Shown here in pieces: positions 8,308 through 15,831 of a stretch of 31,262 nt of DNA. The translations under genes and the position numbers were made by a program. The notes under the pieces are model-generated. The model had not been told where the DNA came from, searched no databases, and saw nothing but the letters and a program-made list of their open reading frames with translations. The number at the start of each line of letters is the position of its first letter. Position 1 is the stretch's first letter. Origin of the DNA: a virus (taxonomy: Duplodnaviria; Caudoviricetes); IMG/VR virus record IMGVR_UViG_3300046779_000743, positions 1-31,262 of that record; one strand, given 5' to 3'.

Positions 8308-9135
8308 ATGGCACAAAACCCACTTACCCAATACTTTAGACAACCTAAAGTGTTTATTGCATTACCTAGTCGAGGTGCTTACAATTCACCTACTGCATTC
8401 AGTGGAGATGTAAACCATTTGCCAGTGTTTGGCATGACAGGCATGGATGAAATCATTGCAAAAACCCCTGATGCGTTATTAACAGGAGAAAGCACAGTTA
8501 AGATTATCTCTAGTTGCTGCCCAGCAATAAACAATCCCTGGGAACTAACGACTATCGACCTTGATACTATCTTAACTGCTATCCGAATAGCAACATACGG
8601 CAACGAACTTGACGTTGATAACGTTTGCGAAAAATGCGGAACTCACGCAGAATATACATTTAATTTAAGCAATTTTATAGAATACTACGCTAATGTTAAG
8701 TACGACAACAAAATTGTCGTTGGAGACCTTACAATTAGCCTAAAACCGTTAAATTACAAGCAAAGCTCGGACTTTGCACAAAGCAATTTCCAACTGCAAC
8801 AACGATTGCGCCAAATTAACGAATTAGATTCTGAAGAAGAACGCAGTAAGTTGTTAACAGCTATCTACGAAGATTTGGCTAAACTGCAAAACGAAATCTT
8901 TATTGCTGGAATTGAAAGCATTTCTACTAGAGAATCTACAGTTACTGAACACGGATTTATTAGAGAATGGGTAGAAAATGCTGATTCTAAATACATTGCT
9001 GACATTAGAACCAAAGTAAACACCAACCAAGAAACATGGCGTAGTCCAGATCAAACTGTTGAGTGTGAAACTTGTGGACATAAAACTTCACTAGTTATTA
9101 GTCTAGACCAAGCAGATTTTTTCGTAGGAGCCTAA
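8308..9135 (+). CDS. T4 gp26-like baseplate hub / tail assembly chaperone
   Basis: LPSRG, DLDTILTAIRIATYG, two CxxC motifs (CEKC, CETC) and C-terminal DFF are typical of gp26-like proteins; GGAG RBS. Confidence 0.75.
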   Translation: MAQNPLTQYFRQPKVFIALPSRGAYNSPTAFSGDVNHLPVFGMTGMDEIIAKTPDALLTGESTVKIISSCCPAINNPWELTTIDLDTILTAIRIATYGNELDVDNVCEKCGTHAEYTFNLSNFIEYYANVKYDNKIVVGDLTISLKPLNYKQSSDFAQSNFQLQQRLRQINELDSEEERSKLLTAIYEDLAKLQNEIFIAGIESISTRESTVTEHGFIREWVENADSKYIADIRTKVNTNQETWRSPDQTVECETCGHKTSLVISLDQADFFVGA

Positions 9136-9179
9136 TTAAGCTCTCTGCCTCAGAGATTGAAGAACACTTAGTTAGGCTT
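9117..9179 (+). other. Putative programmed -1 ribosomal frameshift signal
   Basis: Slippery heptamer T TTT TTC at 9117-9123 in the correct phase; 13-bp stem 9128-9140/9167-9179 with two G-U pairs, enclosing hairpin tctctg-cct-cagaga. Confidence 0.75.
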
Positions 9180-9356
9180 GATCAAGAAGTAAAACAATTC
9201 AAAGAAGAACTTGCGAGAATTAGTTGGTACATGAGAGGCGGTGTATCACTACATGAACTACTACATGTGTACTCGTTTGACGATAGAGAAGGAATGTATA
9301 CAGTAATTAAAGAAAATGTTGAGATGACAAAAGCATCTCAAATGCCATTCCTTTAA
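9123..9356 (+). CDS. -1 frame extension of the gp26-like gene (gp51/GT-like, 77 codons: RRSLIKLSASEIEEHLVRLDQEVKQFKEELARISWYMRGGVSLHELLHVYSFDDREGMYTVIKENVEMTKASQMPFL)
   Basis: Open frame that fills the gap to the convergent stop at 9360; first ATG/GTG/TTG is at 9231; not in the ORF track. Confidence 0.7.
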   Translation, partial: RRSLIKLSASEIEEHLVRLDQEVKQFKEELARISWYMRGGVSLHELLHVYSFDDREGMYTVIKENVEMTKASQMPFL

Positions 9357-9359
9357 AAT

Positions 9360-10259
9360 TTACCAGTCACCATCTGACCAAGTTTGTGTTACTGGATCAT
9401 ATTGTGCAATCTTTTTCGAGCTCTGAACAGGAAATGCTCCTTGACCATCTTTATCGTTTTTATCGCTAAATGGCATGTCAGGCACTTGCCCTGATTTAAT
9501 CTGATCAATCGATCTAACAATATAATCATATGCTGCTTTTGACATTCCACCAATCCAAGTCCTTGCAATCATTGCAGAAAATGTATTACTAACATACCAT
9601 TCTGCAAATTGTTTAGATCCTTCAGGTGACATTAGCCATAATCCAAATCCCGCAGCAGCAGTTCCGCTTAAACTAGATACTAAACTTCCAATAGTTCCAG
9701 CAAAAGGTAGTATAGGTATGCTCTTAATAACAGCTCCACCTAGTTTAAATGCTCCAGATGCAACGCCCATAGCAGCAATTTTTGTAACACATTGTCCAAG
9801 ATAATAACGTACATCGTTGTCGTACTGATCAGGTGTTATTTGTTTTTTAGCTAGTTTATCGTTAAGTTCAGAAATTTCAGTGTATGCTTCGTAGATAGCA
9901 TCACCCCATCCAATAGAAATACCTATTTTAACAGCAGCTGATCCTGCTTTGCCTAATGACTTTTCCATAGCCGCAACATTAGCAGTATATTTTGCTTTTT
10001 TAGCAATCTTTGCTGCTTCTTTTGCAGCGCCATTAATTAAACTTGCATCAGCGGCATACTTAGCACCAACTAATTTATCAGCACTTGTGATCATTTTGCC
10101 GTGGGTCTGTATTTCGTTAGCCCATGCATTCTTTAATAGATCATACGCATCAGATCTCGATGCAACACGTCCAGCAGTAGTCGGGAATAACTTTGATATT
10201 CCTTTTGCAGCCCATTTAGTTAAGGGATTTTCTTCATAAATCACATCACGTATTTTCAT
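9360..10259 (-). CDS. Hypothetical late protein with Ala/Lys-rich helix and Gly-rich hydrophobic segments
   Basis: 299-aa ORF with AAGGA RBS and an upstream AATAAATA motif; no recognisable catalytic motif. Confidence 0.75.
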   Translation of the reverse strand: MKIRDVIYEENPLTKWAAKGISKLFPTTAGRVASRSDAYDLLKNAWANEIQTHGKMITSADKLVGAKYAADASLINGAAKEAAKIAKKAKYTANVAAMEKSLGKAGSAAVKIGISIGWGDAIYEAYTEISELNDKLAKKQITPDQYDNDVRYYLGQCVTKIAAMGVASGAFKLGGAVIKSIPILPFAGTIGSLVSSLSGTAAAGFGLWLMSPEGSKQFAEWYVSNTFSAMIARTWIGGMSKAAYDYIVRSIDQIKSGQVPDMPFSDKNDKDGQGAFPVQSSKKIAQYDPVTQTWSDGDW

Positions 10260-10279
10260 CTCTAATCCTTACGATATGA

Positions 10280-10287
10280 TATTTATT
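10280..10287 (-). promoter_or_regulatory. Late promoter motif (AATAAATA)
   Basis: Plus-strand tatttatt, 20 nt upstream of the ATG at 10259. Confidence 0.6.
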
Positions 10288-10297
10288 ACTTGTTTAA

Positions 10298-10386
10298 AGA
10301 AGAACTGACGTTCTTCTGTTCTTCGCTTTCGCTCGAACTTTTCTTATTTGAAGTAATTTAATATATTGAAGTTATACGCGAAGCGT
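10298..10386. other. Cluster of short inverted repeats / DNA mini-hairpins around an AT-rich tract
   Basis: agaagaac-tgac-gttcttct (10298-10317); minus-strand GTTC-GA-GC-GAAA-GC-GAA-GAAC (10318-10338); ACGC-GAA-GCGT (10376-10386). Confidence 0.6.
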
Positions 10387-10389
10387 TTA

Positions 10390-10776
10390 AGATTCATGCA
10401 GATTGTTTCAGTCAGACGGAACCTTTTTAACAGGTTCCACCTTTTTGTCTTTCATGCGAGTTGCACCAGCCAAGACTATTGGAAGTAGGTATTTTTACCG
10501 TAAGCTAATGGGCTCTGCACTTTCCCAACCTACTGCGACATCGCTTTTACAAGCGCCGTAGACCTCGTTCCTTGTTGTCTACGTTTTTATAGCACGGCTT
10601 TTCGTATGCTAACAATTCATACTATATTAATGCGTTGGGCATCGTGGTTTTCACCCTCAAACTCTCTTCCGTCTTTCAGGATAGTCAGATTTACTGACGG
10701 GAGTGCATCAATATGTTACGTGTCCGGTTTTCTCCCCGGTTTTTCCACAGCGGTATTACAAACTGGCCCGCTAACC
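10390..10776 (-). ncRNA. Candidate large structured non-coding RNA (about 390 nt), family not recognised
   Basis: About ten nested helices, GNRA tetraloops and G-U pairs that work on the minus strand, in the only large intergenic gap of a tightly packed region. Confidence 0.6.
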
Positions 10777-11238
10777 TTAAGTGTTAGATTGTTTTGCCTG
10801 TTGTTCTAGGAGAGCCTGTCTCAATGATGGTGAACCGCCTACTCTTAAATTGATGATACCGTTGTAGTAGTCATCAGTTTCTAGTACTCTGCGGTCAAAC
10901 TGTTCTCGTGCCTCGATGTACGACATTTCTGCTTTTGTTTTGCAGAAATAAAGTATTTCTCTTGTAAATTTGTCTGTGCCTAATGCCTGTATGTCTGCTG
11001 TTAGATTAGGGCTTGAGCCATAATAAGTTTGCCAATCACTGTCGACTAAACTTCTAATCTTCTTCTTTTTCTTATTGCCGTTTTTGAGTTTTACAGTTTT
11101 TTGAGAAGTTTTTGAGAATTTTGCTAGTTTTTTGCCTATGTACTTACGATTGTTAGTGGTATTAGTGATAAGATATACGAAGCCTAAACAATCTTCTGGT
11201 AAAGTTTCGATTAATTTCCCTTGGTAAGTCCATGACAT
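10777..11238 (-). CDS. GIY-YIG family endonuclease
   Basis: GFVYLITNTTNNRKYIGKK (GIY-YIG motif), DWQTYYGSS, FTREIL, EAREQF, YYN; Lys-rich insertion; single domain with no obvious appended DNA-binding domain. Confidence 0.85.
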   Translation of the reverse strand: MSWTYQGKLIETLPEDCLGFVYLITNTTNNRKYIGKKLAKFSKTSQKTVKLKNGNKKKKKIRSLVDSDWQTYYGSSPNLTADIQALGTDKFTREILYFCKTKAEMSYIEAREQFDRRVLETDDYYNGIINLRVGGSPSLRQALLEQQAKQSNT

Positions 11239-11253
11239 GCTGTAGTTAGCATA

Positions 11254-11511
11254 TCAGTCCTTGTCAGCCTCTCTCTTTTGAGCCTGTCTTAAATCTTCAC
11301 GTTGCCTGAGTTCTATTTCTTTTTCCCTACACCAATCACGTACAACAACACGTCTGCGTGTACAGATTTTTCTTATTTCACTGAGCCTTTGTCTTAGCCT
11401 AATTGCGCTTGCTTTAGTTCCTTCCGCTAACCATTCTTGATTAGCTTCGAAGTATTCTCTAAATTTTGCTAACAACTCCGCATGGAGTTCTTCATCTTGT
11501 TCTGGTAACAT
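11254..11511 (-). CDS. Small basic helical protein, Hc1 (histone H1-like)-type phage protein
   Basis: Segment EANQEWLAEGTKASAIRLRQRLSEIRKICTRRR resembles the Hc1-like GxKAA/SxxRxR pattern; ATG at 11511 preferred over 11544. Confidence 0.5.
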   Translation of the reverse strand: MLPEQDEELHAELLAKFREYFEANQEWLAEGTKASAIRLRQRLSEIRKICTRRRVVVRDWCREKEIELRQREDLRQAQKREADKD

Positions 11512-11938
11512 TGGTAAATTTGTCTGCTTCTGCGTCAACAACACGTTGTCTTAGCTCTGTCGTACTAAAACTGTGATCGCGTTTGTTAAAATGAAACTTA
11601 ATGCCTTTGCTAATGCATTCTGATCTGCCTGTAAAGTTTTTGTTTTCATACTCGTTGCCTAATATTCTAATGTTAATGGGGTAAGATAGTAAGATGTCGA
11701 CAAGGTCTTTTTCTGTTGCATAAACAACAATCTCGTCGACATACTTACATGCTTGTAACTGCACAAATCTTTCAAATATACTTTGCACAGGTTTGTTTTT
11801 TGTATCTGGCCGATCAATAGTTGGATCAGTTTGTAATCCTACTATTAGATAATCGCACATATCTCTTGCTTCTTTAAGCATCATAATGTGTCCGGCGTGG
11901 AATAAGTCAAATGTTGAACAAGTAAAACCGATGTTCAT
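11492..11938 (-). CDS. Cytidylyltransferase, TagD (glycerol-3-phosphate cytidylyltransferase)-like
   Basis: FDLFHAGH (HxGH motif), CDYLIVGLQTD, CKYVDEI and RDHSFSTTELR (RTxGISTT-like motif). Confidence 0.88.
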   Translation of the reverse strand: MNIGFTCSTFDLFHAGHIMMLKEARDMCDYLIVGLQTDPTIDRPDTKNKPVQSIFERFVQLQACKYVDEIVVYATEKDLVDILLSYPINIRILGNEYENKNFTGRSECISKGIKFHFNKRDHSFSTTELRQRVVDAEADKFTNVTRTR

Positions 11939-13710
11939 TCTGTAACCTCTAAATCATTTGCGTAGCTAGTAAATCCATTTTCTTTAATAACTTTAAGAAC
12001 ATTGTTGACACGACCAATTAGTTCATCTTTGTGAGAAATTAAGTAAATGTTCTTCTGGCGTTCTCTAGCCATTTTCTTTAGTACAGCAAGTGCAGATTCC
12101 ACACCGCTAGCATCTAATCCGTTATCGATTAACTCGTCAATAAACAGTAAGTTTACATTTTGATATAGACTTTCCCAAACATCTCTAAACGCCCAGCTTA
12201 GACCTAAAATTAGTCTGTTACGTTCGCCTCTCGACAAATTGTCAAAGTCTAGATCTTGCCCAAGTTGCGTAATTTCTACAGATAAGTCGTTTTGGAAAAC
12301 AACAGTGTGAGGTAATCCCATCTTGTCAAGATAATGTGTAAGTCTATTATTCAAGTAGGCCAAGTTTTGATCAATGATCTTCTTGCGAATAAAGCTATCT
12401 TTAGAAGTTAGCAACTTGAGTAAGAACTCTTGATGCTCTTTAACACTTGTTAAAGCATTAACAGAATCCCATGAAATTTCTTGCATTGCAGTATTCAATA
12501 ATTCATCAATTTGTTCCTGGTAAGGATCAGACTCACCTGCTTTAATTGTAAGATTTGTTTCAAGGGTTTTTAAATTATTTTGGTGTTTTAGCGCCTCTTC
12601 TACAGTGTCGTAGTAAGTGTTTGGCCTAGTACTAACTGTGCCAATTTCTTCAATTTCTTGCAAGATTTTTTCATAATCTTGAATAACTTTATCGAGGTAT
12701 TTTCCAGCTTCTTCTGCGTTTGCGGTAGCTACAGCCGTCATTTCTTCGTGCTTGTGGTCGTGCAAATCTTGTTCACAAGCATGACATTTTTTATTTGCTA
12801 GTTGCTCTAACTCTTTTGCATACTTAGATTGCGTCTTTTCTGCTTGTGTAATTGCTGATTCGAATGTTGCTCTTTCTTTATTCAAGCTACGCAGCTTTGC
12901 AGATTTTTCGAGATATTCTTTAAGATTAGAATGTGCAACTAACTCAGCATCGATATCTACGCTTTCTAATTCAATAATAGCCCTGCCAATTTTTTCAAGA
13001 TCATTATCACGCTGAGTCAGCCATGCTGCTTGTTTAGTCATTAAACTGTCGATACTTTTTTGTATACCCTCGTTTGACTTTTTTACAGCTTCAATGTTTG
13101 CACTTTCTTGAGTAATTGCGTCCTTAGTTTCCTTAATTAACTCTTTTAAAGCTTCTGCTTTTTCACTAAGGATAGTAATACCTAGTAACTGCTCAATAAT
13201 TGCCCTTTGATCGTTTGCTTTCATGCTAAGGAACGGCTCAGTATAAGTGTTAAGGGCTAGAATATGTTTAAACATATCGTGACTCATGCCAAGGATATGA
13301 TCGAGATCTTTTTGTGTTTCTCTCATATCACCTTGGCTGTCATCAGTTTCGTCTACTTGTTCTTCGTCGTTGACAAAGAATTTCATAACAGTCGGTTTTC
13401 GGCCTCTTTCAATGCGATATTGAATACCGTCCTTTTCAAAAGACAATGTAACTAACATGTTTTTATTGTTAATTTTGTTAATCAAATTGTCTTTCTTAAT
13501 GTTAGTAAGGGCATTTCCATACAACGCAAAACTTAATGCGTTAACGATAGTTGTTTTTCCAGTACCGTTTCTTGAACCGCTATCATCTCCGCCCATGTCT
13601 AAGTTTTCTCCTAGCACTAGCGTAAGATGTTCTTTACCAAAATCTACTGCTTGAGTTTGGTTACCCACACTCATAAAATTTTTAACTGTAAGTTCTTTTA
13701 TTTTTATCAT
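11935..13710 (-). CDS. gp46: Recombination endonuclease ATPase subunit (gp46 / SbcC / Rad50)
   Basis: KNFMSVGN, Walker A NGTGKTT, coiled coil with CHAC zinc hook, signature LSRGE, Walker B LFIDE, ISH. Confidence 0.95.
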   Translation of the reverse strand: MIKIKELTVKNFMSVGNQTQAVDFGKEHLTLVLGENLDMGGDDSGSRNGTGKTTIVNALSFALYGNALTNIKKDNLINKINNKNMLVTLSFEKDGIQYRIERGRKPTVMKFFVNDEEQVDETDDSQGDMRETQKDLDHILGMSHDMFKHILALNTYTEPFLSMKANDQRAIIEQLLGITILSEKAEALKELIKETKDAITQESANIEAVKKSNEGIQKSIDSLMTKQAAWLTQRDNDLEKIGRAIIELESVDIDAELVAHSNLKEYLEKSAKLRSLNKERATFESAITQAEKTQSKYAKELEQLANKKCHACEQDLHDHKHEEMTAVATANAEEAGKYLDKVIQDYEKILQEIEEIGTVSTRPNTYYDTVEEALKHQNNLKTLETNLTIKAGESDPYQEQIDELLNTAMQEISWDSVNALTSVKEHQEFLLKLLTSKDSFIRKKIIDQNLAYLNNRLTHYLDKMGLPHTVVFQNDLSVEITQLGQDLDFDNLSRGERNRLILGLSWAFRDVWESLYQNVNLLFIDELIDNGLDASGVESALAVLKKMARERQKNIYLISHKDELIGRVNNVLKVIKENGFTSYANDLEVTE

Positions 13711-14720
13711 AGGCTATTATAAATTGCTAAAAGTGTATTCTTGTCGTATGCTTCGCTTTCGATGCTTACTAGTTGATTGCTAACAATTTGATCAACTGAT
13801 TCAAACGCTTGCACATCTACTTCTGTATTAATTTCGACTTGTTTCTTTTCAGCAATTAATGTCAATTCTCTAATATCATATTGTGACAAAAAGTTCTCTT
13901 TAATAAAACTTGCTTCTTCAAACGTGATATCAATATCTAGTGTAACACGCAGATGCTGCTTAGGCAAGATTAATGAGCTAGCTTCGTCAATCAATCGACT
14001 CAAAGTTACCGTTCTAAATGTAGGTTGTCCTGGCCAGGAAAAATATTCTGGTTGACCACCCCATTCTAAAATCATCATGCCACGCTCGTCATCCCATGCA
14101 TCGGCATAGTTGTGAGGGAAAGCGTTACCAATGTAATGCATGTTTTTCTTACTTTGACGTTTGTGGAAGTGTCCACTAAACCCTAACTCGTATCCGTTAA
14201 ATGCATCGAGCTGAATTTCGCCGTGGTCCGGCATTTGAACCATAGCATTCATATAAAAGTGCGGCAGTTCAAAGTGTCCAAAGATATATTTGGCTTTTTT
14301 CTTACCTATTGCTTTCCACTCTTCGCCTACTAGCCATGGGCATAGCGTTACGTCACCATCAGTAATTGGTTGGTGAACTACAGTAATACCTGGAATATAC
14401 TTTCCGAATTCTACAGAGTGGATATCACGTTTGTCTTTGTAATATAAATCGTGGTTACCTGGAAAGAAATAAAAGTTATCAAACGCTGCGCCTAACTTTT
14501 CAAGAGCCCTAAGGCTATAGTCCATAGTAGTAATGTTAAGACTATTACGGTTGTGGTGCCAATCGCCGAGAAAGATACCGGTATCACATCCTTCTTCTTT
14601 TGCTTTTGCAATGTACCAATCTACAAAGTCTTCGCAGTCTTGATTATGTACTTGGCTATTAGACTTCAATCCAAAATGGATATCTGTAAAACAGGCTACT
14701 TTTTTAAATAAATTACTCAC
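13707..14720 (-). CDS. gp47: Recombination endonuclease nuclease subunit (gp47 / SbcD / Mre11)
   Basis: Metallophosphoesterase motifs DIHFG, GDWHH, GNHD, GHFE, SGHFH; GTG at 14720 follows GGAG at good spacing. Confidence 0.93.
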   Translation of the reverse strand: MSNLFKKVACFTDIHFGLKSNSQVHNQDCEDFVDWYIAKAKEEGCDTGIFLGDWHHNRNSLNITTMDYSLRALEKLGAAFDNFYFFPGNHDLYYKDKRDIHSVEFGKYIPGITVVHQPITDGDVTLCPWLVGEEWKAIGKKKAKYIFGHFELPHFYMNAMVQMPDHGEIQLDAFNGYELGFSGHFHKRQSKKNMHYIGNAFPHNYADAWDDERGMMILEWGGQPEYFSWPGQPTFRTVTLSRLIDEASSLILPKQHLRVTLDIDITFEEASFIKENFLSQYDIRELTLIAEKKQVEINTEVDVQAFESVDQIVSNQLVSIESEAYDKNTLLAIYNSL

Positions 14721-14937
14721 TAGTGTCTCCAAATTGTATCAAGAACCAAGTTTGATACTTTGCTTCTGATATTTCTAAATGCCCCTTGTTGTACAAAGGA
14801 GCATCGTCATACACAATCTTGCAATGATATACTTCCTCTAAAACTTTTTCAAGCTCTTTGAAGTTGTTTGGCGAATGCGTTTCTTTTACTAACGCAATTG
14901 CGTTATGTACCCTTGGGTCAAGTAAGTCTATGTTCAT
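14713..14937 (-). CDS. Hypothetical protein (74 aa)
   Basis: Fills the gap between gp55 and gp47; ATGA overlap with the gp55 stop. Confidence 0.7.
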   Translation of the reverse strand: MNIDLLDPRVHNAIALVKETHSPNNFKELEKVLEEVYHCKIVYDDAPLYNKGHLEISEAKYQTWFLIQFGDTSE

Positions 14938-15782
14938 TCGCTCGATGTATCTTCGTTATATCGTTTTACTGCGGCTGCATGTTCGCCGTCACCAATACGA
15001 GTGTAGCTAGGATTCATTCCGTTCATTTCTAAAATATCATCACGGATATTCTGATTTCTTTTCTCGATATTAATAACACGGACAAAGCTGTTAGTAACTG
15101 CGGCTGTAAAATACGCAAAAGGATTGTCAGATTTGCTTTCGTCAAATTGCAAACCTATTTGTGTTAATTGCAAAATAGCCTGCCCCTTCATTTCGTCGTT
15201 GTAAGTGTATCCTCTAACGTTTCCTCGGGTAGCATATCTTTCGCACAGTTTTAGCATCATGCGTGCTAGATTATTTGTGATAGTGCCGTGATCTTTATCA
15301 AAGTGGCCTGTTTTCATACCGCCTTTCCAGTGACTTTTGCCAACGCACACTAGTTCGTCGTTGTCGTCAAATTTAAAATGCTGGAATGGGGGAAAGTTTA
15401 CTTTATCGTGCTTGTCAGCAGTGCTTTTAGGATTCTTTTTTCTAGTGCTATTTGACGGAATATGCTCAAACGTCATGACCCTAAAAATAAGTTCCGTTTT
15501 TGATATCTTTTTGTAGTCTACTTCACAGTCTGCTTGTTTGACTTTTTCACCAGCGGCTTTGCGTCGTTGGTACTCTTCGTCACCTAGTCTTTTTGCTTTA
15601 TTTCGCTTTGCTTCTGCGATTGTTCTAATATTAATTTTATCTACACTAGGTAAGATGATATCGTATTGATGATATTCTGGTTTTACATAGCTACAGTAAG
15701 TATTCTTACTCCTATGAATCTCTGCTAGCATGTCTTTGTTGTTAAGATAATTTACTTTTGTTTGTGGTATTGTTGTTGTCAA
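14934..15782 (-). CDS. gp55: Late-transcription sigma factor (T4 gp55 family), 282 aa
   Basis: NYLNNKD, RGYTYNDEM, FDESKSDNPFAYFT motifs; 55-47-46 synteny; TTG at 15782 is 8 nt after GGAG and avoids overlap with the divergent gene. Confidence 0.88.
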   Translation of the reverse strand: MTTTIPQTKVNYLNNKDMLAEIHRSKNTYCSYVKPEYHQYDIILPSVDKINIRTIAEAKRNKAKRLGDEEYQRRKAAGEKVKQADCEVDYKKISKTELIFRVMTFEHIPSNSTRKKNPKSTADKHDKVNFPPFQHFKFDDNDELVCVGKSHWKGGMKTGHFDKDHGTITNNLARMMLKLCERYATRGNVRGYTYNDEMKGQAILQLTQIGLQFDESKSDNPFAYFTAAVTNSFVRVINIEKRNQNIRDDILEMNGMNPSYTRIGDGEHAAAVKRYNEDTSSE

Positions 15783-15831
15783 AATAGAGTCTCCGGAACT
15801 GTAATAATAAACTACGCAGTTAATAAAGTCA

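Noticed and set aside
10606-10809. 67-aa plus-strand ORF in the structured region
   Set aside because: No RBS or promoter, opposite to the local gene direction, atypical composition; better explained as the antisense of the structured element.
10260-11238. Group I intron carrying a GIY-YIG homing endonuclease
   Set aside because: I could not find P7-forming R/S consensus elements, and the flanking genes (11254..11511 and 9360..10259) look complete with their own starts and stops. A covariance-model search is needed to exclude it fully.
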